A stretch of 64,000 nt of DNA, from the NCBI RefSeq assembly GCF_009914755.1, contig NC_060925.1, one strand, 5' to 3'. Within the stretch, counting starts at the first letter, position 1. Every line of letters begins with the position of its first letter. The notes beneath the pieces are model-generated. The model worked only from the letters and a program-made list of their open reading frames with translations. It had not been told where the DNA came from and did no database searches. This DNA is from the human T2T-CHM13v2.0 reference genome, Homo sapiens. The translations under genes were made by a program, and so were the position numbers. Shown piece by piece: positions 25,929 to 38,973 of the stretch.

Positions 25929-26216
25929 GGTGGGGCCTTTTGGGTGGTGATTAGGCCACAAGAGTTGAGCTCTCAGGAATGAAATTAGTATCCTTATGAA
26001 GGAGATCCTAGAAAGTCCCCTCATCCCTTCCACTCTGTGAGGACACAGTGAGAAGGCTCCCTCTATGAACCAAAAGTAAGCCCTCATCAGACACCACATC
26101 TGCCAGTGCCTTGATCTTGGACTTCCCCGCCTCCATAGCTGTGAATAATTTTCTGTTGCTTATTACTATCAGGTTTATGGTATTTTTTTTTATAGTAGCT
26201 TGGAAGGACTAAGACA
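25929..26216 (+). mobile_element. MLT1A-like MaLR LTR, 3' part
   Basis: TGTGAGGACACAGTGAGAAGG, CCTTGATCTTGGACTTCC, ends GACTAAGACA. Confidence 0.8.
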
Positions 26217-26624
26217 AGGCCTATATGAGACACCTTCGTGGGAACTCGGGTAAGTCATCCTTCACAGAAGAGTGAAAGATATGGAAAATGTCCCAACTCT
26301 AGTGAAAAGAGGGAAGTACCTCAAAGCTTTCAATATTTAGAAATATGTATGTGCTTATATCATTAGAAATCAGTCTTTGAGGCTTAGAAAAGAGAATGTT
26401 CATTAATATAAACCTGAAAGTTGTCAGAATGTACATTTATGCTTTTTCTGATGAACATTATAAAATAGCAGGAGAGTAACCTTCTCAGCATTTTAAAAAA
26501 CGTTATTCCTGATAAACATTTTTTTCCTAGAGAAACATGTCTCTTAAATGGTAAACACTAAGATAGTGGGAGAATAAATTATTTCCAAATTACACAGTTA
26601 TGTTCAAAGCCTGGAGAGGTAATA

Positions 26625-26938
26625 TTTTTTCTTTTTTTTTTTTATGTTTCACTTTTTTGAGATGGAGTCTTTCTCTGTCGCCCAGGCTGGAGTGCAGTGG
26701 CATGATCTTGGCTCACTGCAAGCTCCACCTCCTGGGTTCTTGCCATTCTCCTGCCTCAGCCTCCAAGTAGCTGGGACTACAGGCACCCGCCACCACGCCT
26801 GGCTAATTTTTTGTATTTTTAGTACAGACAGGGTTTCACTGTGTTAGCCAGGATGGTCTCCATCTCCTGACCTCGTGATCCACCCACCTTGGCCTCCCAA
26901 AGTGCTGGGATTACAGGCGTGAGCCACCGCGCCCGGCC
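26625..26938 (-). mobile_element. AluY
   Basis: GCAAGCTCC, GCCATTCTCC, GTGTTAGCCAGGATGGTCTC. Confidence 0.94.
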
Positions 26939-29900
26939 TATTTTCATTTTTTAGTCAGTGTGGAAGGCAATTTCAGAGGCATACTTCAAATTACTCCATA
27001 GCTTTACACTGTTGAGATGAAGACCACATGCTAATGAGAACTTAACAAATGCAGTGTAATAACAGCAATGCGCTCATGAACATATGTGATTTTAATCCCT
27101 TCTTAAGTATTAAAGTGTACAATCTGTAGATAACGGTTAAGATTCTAGATTTAGGTTTGGATTTAGACAGTTGAGATTTTAGAGGGTTACACTCTGCTTT
27201 CCAGTTTGTGCTATTCTAAGCTGTTTAGTTTATCATTTCTATGACATTCCAAGTCAAACGAGGACAGCTTGATTTTGCTGATAGCTGATGAAACTGTAAA
27301 ATGCTGCATAATTAGATAGAAGGGAAGTATCTATTTAAGAAGGAAACTAAACATCCAGGAAGTTATTCTATGAGGGGGAAAAAGTGATGTGAAAAATATT
27401 TTTGCCCTGTTACCAGACTTTTCCAAGAATTTAGATTTAGCTTTTGTTTACAGCATGGTTTGACATTCCTGGATGTCTTTATATAATTGACTTAAGTAAT
27501 TGACATTTGAATCGTACTTTCTAGGTATGAAACTGCTTCACACATACTGACTCCTTTAGTACTCCAAAATAATTGTAAGAAAAATATTGCCATTACTCAG
27601 TTTAATAATAAAGACACTTGAGCTTCCACAAGTTAGATTATTTTCCCAAAGTTATACAGGATAAGTGGCAAAACTGGGAAGTAAATTCAAAAATATTTTG
27701 TCTTTTCCCCACTATCATACTGACTTTAGCTTGAGAATGTCTAAGACTGAAAATGAGGAGTCAGTCATCTTGATTTGTCTAAAATCTCCTGACTTGTATC
27801 TCTGCGGCAGTCTCCTCACACAAACTCCATCCCTCCTACATACTGGTGATTCATAAAGCAGAAGCAATCAAGTCACTACCTACTCAGGAGGCTGCTAGCA
27901 TCTTAGCCCAGGAATCAAGGCTTTTAAAATACAGCCAAATCACATCTTCAGTAATCGTTACAACAGTTATAGCAATTGCTTACACAATGTTCCTATTTAT
28001 TATGTGCAAGACACCATTCCAATAATTTTGCATATATTATCTCATTTAATCCTAACAACAATGACAACAAAAACTCATGAGGAAGGTACTATTAGGACAT
28101 CAATTTTCCAGCAGAGGAAATATGGAAATCTGGAAAATGAAGTCACTTGTTCAGGATATCCTGTCTTCCCTTTCACTGGGTTCATGATATACTGCCTTTT
28201 CTTTCCATTAACAAGGTGAGAAATAGAAGGGTTGGGGGTGTACAGCACCTGGATATGAAGCACTATCTGTAGTTGGGAGGGGAAACTGAGGACTGTAGGT
28301 GTGATGCATTACGGAATTTGGGATGTTTCATAAATTTATCCTACAGTGAAAGGGAAAGCTTAGAGAATGACAAGTTATGCAAGAAAATGCTATTCTCAGA
28401 GACCAAGAAAGGCACAGTGGATGCAAGATAATCACATTGTTAATAAATTGGGATACCACACAAATTAGTGTATATGACCACATCCAGCTAAATGCTGATT
28501 ATACCAAAGACTTCTGAAATATACTAAAGATGTAAAAGTTGGAAGGGCAATTAAGTAAACACAAAAGAAAAGAGAAGAAATGGAAATGGAAATTGGAATA
28601 TTGTTCAAGCGAATTTACATAATTAAACCAACTATGTACTAATTATATGAAACACTTCTGAAATATACTGCATGTTTAAAAGGAAAAAAAAATGTAAATA
28701 GCAAACAGATGAAACAAGAATAGAAATACCAAACTGCATTGATATAAAAGGAAGAGGTTTGTTACTGAAACCAAAACTGCTGTTTTGTCCTGAGTGATGG
28801 AATACAATGTTTATGACTAGAGGAATACTCTCTTTGTGCTGCTTTCAAAGCCGTATTTCAACTGGAGAATGGAAGAGAAAGACACTGAAAAGATGGCTCC
28901 CTCCGTAGTGGAGCAGTTTAACTAGCTTTTGTGCAAGATAGGACTAGGGAATCCCAGAGCTGATTTGGGAGGTATGAGATAAAAAGAGATTTATCTGAAT
29001 TGGAAAATAAGGGAAATTTGTTGTTCATTCTTTGTTATTTCTTAGTTCCAAGAAGGAGGAGGAAGATAAATATCGAAAATTAAATTTACCATGTTTCTCT
29101 TTGGACTACATAAATGTCCTTGTTCATCTCTAAGTTCTCAGTAAAACACAACACAGATAAACCCTCACGTGTAAGTCTCTCGGTATGTGGGGTTCTGAGT
29201 GTGTGACTCTGTGTGTATGTTTGTGTGTGTGTGTTTGCATTTAGTGCTCCAGGTGACCATTGGTTAAATCCTGAAGTATCCAAACACCTTCCAAGCTTCT
29301 CAGGGTTTTCTCATTTCTCTTAGGCAAATACTATATTTTTAAGTGTGACCACTAACTATTATTTTCAACTATGTCACATGAACAGCTTTGTGCACTTTCT
29401 TGGAATATAACTTTCATATACTGTTGGAGATGAAATGCGTAATATGTGCAAAATTCATCTGAGAAATCTCTGTCCAAATCTGTAACATCGATGCTACAAA
29501 AAAGCAGAAAATGTACTTATTACGTTGCCTCAATAAAATATTGTAAAAATATTATTAACCTTACCATGGCCAGTAATTTCTGCCTAAAAAGATTATACAG
29601 GAGACAGAATACCCTTTCCTTTTAATACACATTCCCAGTTTTGAGAAACGCCCCTTTGCAATCATGCATACTTCCCCAAACTGGGTCTAAATCATTAATG
29701 ATTCACCTAAATTATTAACACTCTCGAGAGATCGAAAAACATTACACACCAACAGTAAGCGGTAAAGGCCATGTTAGCTTAGACACCTTGACACACAGAC
29801 ATAGAAAATGCTTATAGTTTCAGTTCTATAATTTCAACCAAAAATAAATATAAGAACACAGCTACTCACCTGTCGAGATATGAAATAACTTTTCTTCTTC

Positions 29901-32588
29901 CTAATGGGCGAAAAAATTCTTAATTGATTTCAGCTACAATAGAAAAATAAGCCATCAAGCTAATAAATAACAAAACAGACTCTATGTCATCTCTCATCCA
30001 AGGGATAAAATATCTCCATAGACTATTAATCCATTTATAGTGATCAACAAATATGCAGACGATAAAATCTAATTCCTAATCATTGCTGCCACCAATGAGG
30101 AATAATAACTTATCAGCCTTTAACAAATGAAAAGCAAAAACAAACCACAAAAATATTGGAGAGAAGAAAGAAAATTTTGAAAAATAGAGTCAACAAAGTT
30201 CTACTGTCACATTGGATCTATCATAAGGAGGTTTATTCTCTTCATGAACTACACCACTTCTCTGGTGATGAAGTTTATTTGGTTCTGTCAGGTGAATCTG
30301 TCAAGCATTTTGGTGGAAGACCTCCAAAATTACATACAGTTACAATATCTAAGCATTGGGATACCAGTACACAAATAGAAAAACAGTTCAATGAAAGATG
30401 AAATAGTCTCAAAGCTTCCATAGAGTATGTAGAATAATTTAATACAGGCTTACAGAGGCACCACACATCACTAGAAACAAATAAGGATTTTTCAATAAAA
30501 GACTCTGAGAGAATTAGTTATTTGGAAAGAAAATAAAATTAAGTCATAATCTTATACTTGTGCTAGCACAATAGAGTCCAAATATATCAAATGAAAAAAA
30601 ATGAAAAAAATCAATCACTTTAATAACTACCAGAAAAAAAATAAGATGGTCATATTTGCACTGTTTGGGGAAAGACTTTCTAACATTTTATTTTAAAACT
30701 CAGATACAGAGATTAGATTATATGGTACTGTTGGTCTGTAGTCCGTTCTCATAGCTGACCACTTTAAAGCTCTCTTTTTGCCTCATTTATTGCTTGAGCT
30801 GATGTTCATGTCTCCTATCCACTCTCTTTCTACTCCTCTCATAGAGGACCATTTTGCTGTTCTTAAATGTTTGCTATTTTCTGTTTATAGGTGTTCATTA
30901 TATACATCTGTTTTTAATTTTCATAAATATCATCATGTTATGTATCTTATTCTACATTTATATTTTATGCTTTTAAAATCCCTCATGTTGCTGTGTTTAC
31001 AATTATAACTGCTTCAAACTGCTGCATAATACTTCATGGTCAGCAGACATGGAGGGTTTTAATGTTTTGTTTTTGCTTTTGGTTTGTTAAAGGCCATTAG
31101 ATTATGAATCCTCATTGGTTGTAGCAATGAATGGGGTTTTGGGTCTTTGGTCTGATTATTTCACGATCACTATAAATAGGTTAATGGTTTATAGATATCT
31201 TTTATTCCTTGGGTGAGAGATGACAGAGAGTCTGTTTTGTTATTGATGTGTTTTATTCCCATTAGTTTGTCCATGTCTTATTGGACAAAGCTAGTGCCAT
31301 GGCCAGGTGCAACATCAGTGTATAAGGAAATAGTTCTCTCACTTAACTGAAAAACTAAAAGGCTGAAATCAATCACCCAGTCTGCCATAGAAGATATTTA
31401 AGGCAACATTAAAGTTGTCGGGAAACTTCTTGGCATTTCAGTAACTTGTTTAACAGATACATCTGAAACAACTGGTAGCAGAAGAGTATGGAAAGTTACA
31501 GGGGCTGAGAGAGAAGAAAAAGAACAGGCTGGGAATGAAATTAGGGTTAGGATAGATGACTAGAGGTGTTTTCCCTAGGATAAATATTCTAGATCATTCA
31601 GAAGATGAAGAAATGCATTTTGAGCAGTGTACAGGAGCCAGTCAATTGAACTAATGGATATCATTCCCCCAATTTTTCCTATTGAAAAATGTAATAGATT
31701 GGAGAACATGAAAAAAATTCAAGCTGGTAAAGGTAAATATCCTTTATTTCAAATTCTTTCCCTTCAAGCAAAAATGCTTAAGAGACTTTTTACTGCCCCT
31801 TTAAGAATCCCACAGTCTTTTGAGAGTTAGGAACACTGGAGCCTAAAAGACTCCCCTAGCCTGAGGGAGCTCCATTGTTATAGCATGTGAGGAGCAGTAT
31901 GCAAGTTATTCTAGCTTTACACCTTTACCTCTGGATAATGGTCCTATTAATAGAATTATGCTGAATAAAATATAAAACAGTTGAAATGAATGACTATGTC
32001 TTAATTAAAAAGACATTTTTATAAAAGCACTCACCTCCACATTGTTCCTTAATTGGAAAAGGCAATTAGCCACATTTTAGAACATTTCTAATTAATCAGA
32101 ATTTCCATGATATTAACTTCTTCATAGTTTGAGCTTGTATCTGGTAAGATTCATTCATTTTTAAACCTGAGACTCATTCATCTACATATATAAATGAGAG
32201 TTGGTCATTTATAACACTATTTTCTATTCATGCTTGCTCACAGATTCTATATGCCAGTAGATCTGCTCCTGAATGAAAGCATATTTAATCAGTACATCAG
32301 CAATGCTACATTTCCGTTCACAGCAGAGCAAATGAGATTCCAAGCCTATCTTAAAAAAAAATTCTCGATTTATAAAAACATCTAAAAACAATTTTTCGTA
32401 TTAATTCCTTAAGCACATTCCCAATTATAATTTTTGTTTATTTTATTTTCTCCTATACCAAGAAAGGCAGCACTATAGAGTTGACGAGGCACTATTGAGA
32501 AGCAACATAATTAAGTTGTCAAGCCGTGTATCTGAAGACAATTCAGTATGCCAAATAGAGGTGGAATCTGGCACTTAAAACAGCCTTC

Positions 32589-33325
32589 TGTTACACTAGG
32601 TAGCTAGTCAGACATGAGCAGGGCAGGATAGGTGCCCCACACACAAACACCAGGAATATCCAGCTATGGTGATGGTCAATCAATTGTTAACTGTCTCTCT
32701 AAAATAATAATTGGTCATAGCCAGCAGCCCCAGGGAAAGTCAGTCTCCCAATAAAGAGGAAAAACCTGAAACTGGTGATCAGCAGCCTCGCGATGAGATC
32801 TCAGGAGTTGGGTGACTGGGTTCAAGCATGCACACTAAGAGGCAAAACGGTGGAGTTTAACTGGAATATGACCTTCCTCTAGAAACACTTGACTGGTAAG
32901 GGAAGAATGGCCCCAGTGAGCATGCGTAAAACTCCAATAAACACACTGCGTATGAGGCCCCTCCCAAGTGCTAGCCAGCCACTGCACATGCAGACAGGCC
33001 AAGGGAAGAATCAGGGGAGAAGTGATGCAAGACCCCGAAGCATGCCAACATTTAAACCCCAAGTCAAAGGTCAAACAGTGCACTTGATCTCTCACGTTGC
33101 CCGATGGGCCCTATTCCAAGGGCAGTTTACTAGCTTTCATTGATGCTCTAAAGCTTTTTAACAAATTTTGACTTCTGCTCCTTGGTCTCTCCTTCTGCTT
33201 TATGCCCCTCAGTCAAATTCTTTCTTCTGAGAAGGCTAGAATTGAGGTTGCTGCAAACCCGTACAGATTCGCAGCTGGTAACAAACTTTGGTGCCACATG
33301 ACTTGGATACGTTCCACTGCTAACA
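32589..33325 (+). mobile_element. MER50-like ERV1 LTR
   Basis: TGTTA..TAGGTAG..AGACATGAGCAGGGCAGG start; TAACA end; flanks CCTTC/CTTTC. Confidence 0.8.
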
Positions 33326-33949
33326 CTTTCCCACTTTCCCCTTTAGTCCTAAATCAAAAACTGAGATCATGATTGATCTCAATTATCAAAATCCTTACTG
33401 GGTCAGGGGGTCAGGATTATAAACATTTCCTGAATACAAATGAAGACCTAAATGGTAGAGATGTTTAGAGAACGGTCCCTTGCTTACTTGACATTGCAAT
33501 CCCTACTCACCAGTGCCCCAAACCAGGTACATGGTGTTTAGATTCCATTTGGGTCCCATTAGATGAAATGGGATTAACACCAAATCTGGTCACTCAGTAG
33601 TCCATGCTAGAAACTCAAGAAAGACAGAATTTGGGTTTCCTTGTGTGCGCTTTCTCTGTTTTCAGAAACAGTCACAGCTGAAACTGCTAACGGACTGCAG
33701 AGGGGATTTTCATTTCAATGTTAATATTTTATCACAGCAATATTAACTCCAAAATTAACAATTATAATAATTATTTATGTTTTCTTCCTTATTTCCTTCC
33801 AAGTAGCTCAGTCACATCCACCCTGACACCCACAGGGGAGGTGTGCTAGCAGTGGGGGGCAAGGATGGTCAGGCTTTACATCTGACACATGGAAGACATA
33901 GGTAAGCTTACCTTAGAGGCTCATGGGATCAAGGATCTAGTCACCAGAT

Positions 33950-34113
33950 GCAGTGGTCAAACTGATCACGCAGCCTTTCATTAGATTTCTCTCCTTCCCT
34001 GCTTCACTCCTCCATCCCTCATTTTTGCTCCCTGGGATGGTGTTTCAAAAACAACCACTTGCACATGTTTCTTTTCTCTCAAGCTCTGCTTTTGGCAGAA
34101 CCCAACCCAAGAA
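33950..34113 (+). mobile_element. ERVL LTR16/LTR33-like 3' fragment
   Basis: CCACTTGCACATG...TCTCAAGCTCTGCTTTTGGCAGAACCCAACCCAAGA. Confidence 0.5.
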
Positions 34114-34259
34114 GTCTGAATCCTCATGTCTCCATCTCTCTCTCTGTTGTTCTGTCTGATTAGCTTTCTGTCTATCCACCTTCCCTTGTTAAGGACTTAT
34201 AATTTAGACCAAAATGATTGGATTGAGAGAAAGCATACATCAATGAATAATTAGTAAGA

Positions 34260-34620
34260 TGTATTAGTCTGTTCTTATGCTGCTGATAAAGACATACCAG
34301 GGACTGGGTAATTTGTAAAGAAAAAGAGGTTTAATGGACTCACAGTTCCACGTGGCTAGGGAGGCCTCACAATCATGGTGGAAGGTGAAAGGCACATCTT
34401 ACACGGCGGCAGGCAAGAGAGAAGTCAGAACCAAATGAAAGGGGTTTCCCTTTATACAACCATTGTATCTTATGAGACTTATTCACTACCACGAGAATGG
34501 TATAGGGGCAACTGCCACCATGATTCAATTATCTCCCACCAGGTTCCTCCCACAACATGGGGGAATTATGGGAGCTAAATTCAAGATGAGATTTGGATGG
34601 GGACACAGCCAAACCATTCA
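34260..34620 (-). mobile_element. THE1 (B/C-like) solo LTR
   Basis: TGTATTAGTCTGTTC...GGACACAGCCAAACCAT. Confidence 0.92.
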
Positions 34621-37600
34621 CCAGGCATGCTAATAAATGCTGAAACACAAGCACTTTCAAATTTTTTGGTATATTGTTCTAGAGTTTTTCTTTGGACATT
34701 TAAATATTTATATATGTACATGTATTTTTACAAAAATGGGATACCATTATCCATAGCCACACACACATACATATATGTCAAGACTCTTATTTTTCAATTA
34801 AACTTAACATGGTATTTATTGATTTCAATAATTCTAGATATTGCACCCATTTTTTGTAGCTGCAACATGTTAACATTACAATATTTGGATGGTTGACCCG
34901 GATTTAAAAATAATCCCTTAGCAATTAATGCTATTATTAATTTTTTAGGTATTCTGACAACAAGTACACAAACACATTTTATGAATAGAGATAATATATT
35001 CACAAATAAATCTAATCTGTATGTATTTGACTATTGATGCAGCATATGTTATCCTGTTTGGGTTTTGAGCTTTGGTATGCTTCCTCTTGTCAATTGCCTG
35101 TTTGTTTCCTTCCTCGAATTGTTCGCAATGAGTTCTTATAGTAGTCATTCATTTCAATGGCAAATAGTACTGATGGAGGACCTTCAGTAATCTTCAGAAG
35201 CTACAGATACAGTGGTAAACATGAAACATGGCTCTGCCCTCTGGAGCATAGAGTCTAGCAAAAAAAGATGGTCACTAACAATTACAGCTACAATGAAGGT
35301 TGGAAAATAATTCTCTGGCACAGAAAATGTACTGCAAGAGAAGTCAGAGAATTGGGCCATCAGGGAAGACTGCCTGAGGAAGTAATACAAGTTGAGATTG
35401 AAGAGTAAGTGAAAGTCGACCAAGTGAAGAACACAAGAACATTTCATGGAGAAGAAAAAGACATAAAAACACAGGGAAAAAGTGTATTATGTTTGAATAT
35501 ATTAACCCTTTGTCAACCATATATGTGCATATATATATTCAATATATAAAACATTTTTTAGATCATTGTTTGGTTTGAGCCACTTTGCCAAATGCAAGTT
35601 TCAAAAATTTTTATTGTCAAATATGTAAATCTTTTCCTTTAAGATTTTAGGTTTGGATGTCATACCTAGATAAGCTTATGTTCACATTCACTTATATTTT
35701 CTTCTAGTATTTTTTCTTCTTCTTTTTTCTTTTAGCTCTCAGACCATCACACAGAACTTCCTAGTGCTTTTCTCATTTTATTTTTTCTCTTTCACATTTT
35801 TACAGTCTGGAATGTATTTGGTTGTAGACTATAAAATGGGTATAATTTTATTTCAGATGAATTTACATTCTTTTTTCTCAAAAGCTTACATTATCTAGTA
35901 GGTTCCCTACTTTGCCACAGAACTTTCTTAAAGCAAATATCTATCCCCCACCACACATGGGTTCAAATCTTCAGAGAAATGACAGAGCTCCCAAACATTA
36001 CTAACATCTCCTGCTCTCTGGCCCAGCACATCCTTTCTCCGGGGTTCTCTCTGACCTTCACTCCTGATTTTCACCTCAATTTTTCTTTTAAAAATTCTTA
36101 CATATTACTCTGTCCACGATGCTACCCCCAAATTAAGTCAATTAGTTTGGTATTCTTTATTAACCCACAAATCAAAAAAGAGACATTAATATCCATTAAT
36201 ATGAAAATGAAATATACATAAGAAATCCATTTTACCTTCTTTGGAACTATGTCATTCAACGAAAGTTTTCACTAGTTTTTTTAAATATTTTTTTTCTAAA
36301 ATAACTAAGAGTAAAAGAATTCACTCTAAAAGTAACTGGTACTTAGACTGCATGACATTGGCACAATAAAATGCAACAAAATAATTTAGACAGTGCCCTT
36401 CACCAAAATAAGCAAATTTGTATAGCCAAATTCTTGCAAAGAGGATTAACCTGTCTCCGAAGCAGCAGTAATTACTGGATGTTGAGAAACACGAAATACC
36501 TGTGCTTGTAGCAGCGTGAAACCTGGCCTATGGTCCCAAAATATTACCAGAAATATAAAATCATGAATATACACATCATTAAATACATTCCATATTTTAG
36601 AAGCAACTCACTAAAGCTGCTTAGAACCTTCTGAATTAGTAATTAAAATATATAACTAAAAGTATTATTTTCTTATTACAGCAATAAAAATGCAGGCATT
36701 TTTTTTTCTCACTGAATATTCTTTTGTGATTTTAAAGACATGACACATGACCTCTAAAATTGTCAGAGAGATAGAACTGGCTCTTGTATTTAAAACTTCT
36801 TTTATTGAAAACCTATGTTCAACCTTTCCCTGAATGATTATTGCCTATGGTCAGTAACAAGATGGTGGTCTAGACTCTATGCTCATTAACACTTTGCCTG
36901 ATTTGGCAAACATTATTCCTTTTTTAGAAGGGTTTAGATCCTGATTGATTTAGTGATATTACTGGGGTGAGAGTAGCAGGATTACTATTAGGAAAGAAAA
37001 AATGGTACATTTTTCACACTGATTTGAAGGTCAGTTGTTCATACTGACCCAGTGAGTTCTCCACCTTGCAGCAATGATCAGCAAAGAGCAGCAACAGTAA
37101 AAGTCTACCTCTAAGCCTGGGAGAGGATCAAGGAAGGCAAAGGCAGTGTCAGCACTAGCAGGTTGGTGAAGATAAGGAGGAGTGGCAAATGCCGTGGCCA
37201 AGTGGGTCAGTCCAGGAAAAGAACAACAAGTTGGTCAAAATGCAGAGCCAATAACTGTCTAGTCTCTTCATAGAGTGTGTTCCTGTCCATGCCCTAGTTT
37301 GGTCTGAGTTTTGCTTTCTGGTATGGACATTTGGGAAGGGAAAGACTTGCAGCCCTGAAGACAAGAGCTTGCTGACACAGAGCCGGACTCCTGTAGAGGA
37401 CAATATTCTGCTTCCCAAGCACAGGATGTTGTGGTGGGTGTCTAAGAACAATGTCTTCCTAAAAGATCATCTCTGTGTTATCATTGATCTTTATCTTCCT
37501 GAAGAATATATACTTTCCATTTTAAGTTAAGACATGGGATTTGCCAAGATTGTAAACCACACTGAGAGTCAATTTTGGAGTTTGGCAAATCATGTATGCA

Positions 37601-38644
37601 CACCCTATCTAGTATTGATATCTAGTTGTCAACTTTTTATTCTGTTGTTTAGCAGCTGTATTAAGAGAAAAATCTAGAGAGTAATTAGTTTATAGAGTAT
37701 AGAGGGAAGGAATAACGAGCCGTTTTCTATTGTTGAGACATTAAAAGTACATACAGGGAGGTTATCTTGGAAGACAGTAACATTCCAAATTATTAAAATT
37801 TGGTGCTTGTATCTTAACGATGTGCATTATATTCCTAATTCTGAATTGCTGACCAATCCAGTACAAGCCAGTTCACAGCATTTCCAGTGGCCTATTTCCA
37901 AACCTTGTGGTCTGGTACAAACAACATGTAGTTGTTACCATGTGGTAGCTTGTCCTACTACACAGTCCCTGATGTCAGTCTGGCTATGGAAGGAAACACT
38001 TGACAGGAGACTGAACAAATGCAAGCCCTAATGTACGAGATGCTCTCCACCTGTCAAATTCCCAAGAACACCCTCAATGCTCACTCTCTGAATGAGCAGC
38101 GGAGATAACCATTTTCTACTCGAAACCATTTCAGAGCCACCAACAATATTACTGGTATTTCCCTTGTTACTAAAAGGAGAAACAAAGAACTATCTGGATG
38201 CATTCAGAAGATACTACACTTCAAGAAGAGCCCCTGACTTAAGTTGCAATAGTAAAAGATGCTTCCCTAACCATTCCCACACCAGCTCTCCAAGGGCAGC
38301 AGAACCATTTTCAGAAAACGACAATCGACATTCAGAACTTTTCACAGCACAGAACATATAATGCTTATGCTGACAGCTGTTATCAGGAAAGAATCGGAAA
38401 ATCTGAATGAATGCCAGGATATTCTCAATAAAACTGGTAAACATCCCATGGACATAATGGCAACAAGCAGGGTGGAAGTTGTTATGAGATTCATCACGTT
38501 GCATGAGGAATGTCAGGATGATAAGGCTTTTATCACCCCATGGTCGCCACTGACAACTTTCCAGGGGGATCTTTTGAATGGCTGTGTCATTGAGCTCATT
38601 AATGAATTTGAAAGGAGGTTAATTTTAATCAAGAATGTAATCAA

Positions 38645-38973
38645 GGCTGGTGCGGTGGCTCACGCCTGTAATCCCAGCACTTTGGGAGGCCGAGGCAGGC
38701 GGATCACGAGGTCAGGAGATCGAGACCATCCTGGCTAACACAGTGAAACCCCATCTCTACTAAAAATGGAAAAAAAATAAAAAAATTAAAAAATAAAAAT
38801 TAGCCAGGCTTGGTGGTGGGCACCTGTAGTCCCAGCTACTCAGGAGGCTGAGGCAGGAGAATGGCATGAACCCAGGAGGCGGAGCTTGCAGTGAGCCAAG
38901 ATGGGGCCACTGCACTCCAGCCTGGGCAACAGAGCAAGACTCTGTCTCAAAAAAAAAAAAAAAAAAAGAAAGA
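38645..38973 (+). mobile_element. AluY with an expanded central A-rich linker
   Basis: AluY diagnostics; TSD AAGAATGTAATC(A/G)A at 38631-38644 and 38974-38987. Confidence 0.95.

Noticed and set aside
36500-36588. Signal-peptide-like minus-strand stretch MYLMMCIFMILYFW*YFGTIGQ with nearby donors, a possible first exon for the micro-exon cluster
   Set aside because: Contains a stop, the donors are weak, and AT-rich DNA yields hydrophobic runs by chance; revisit only if the cluster proves real
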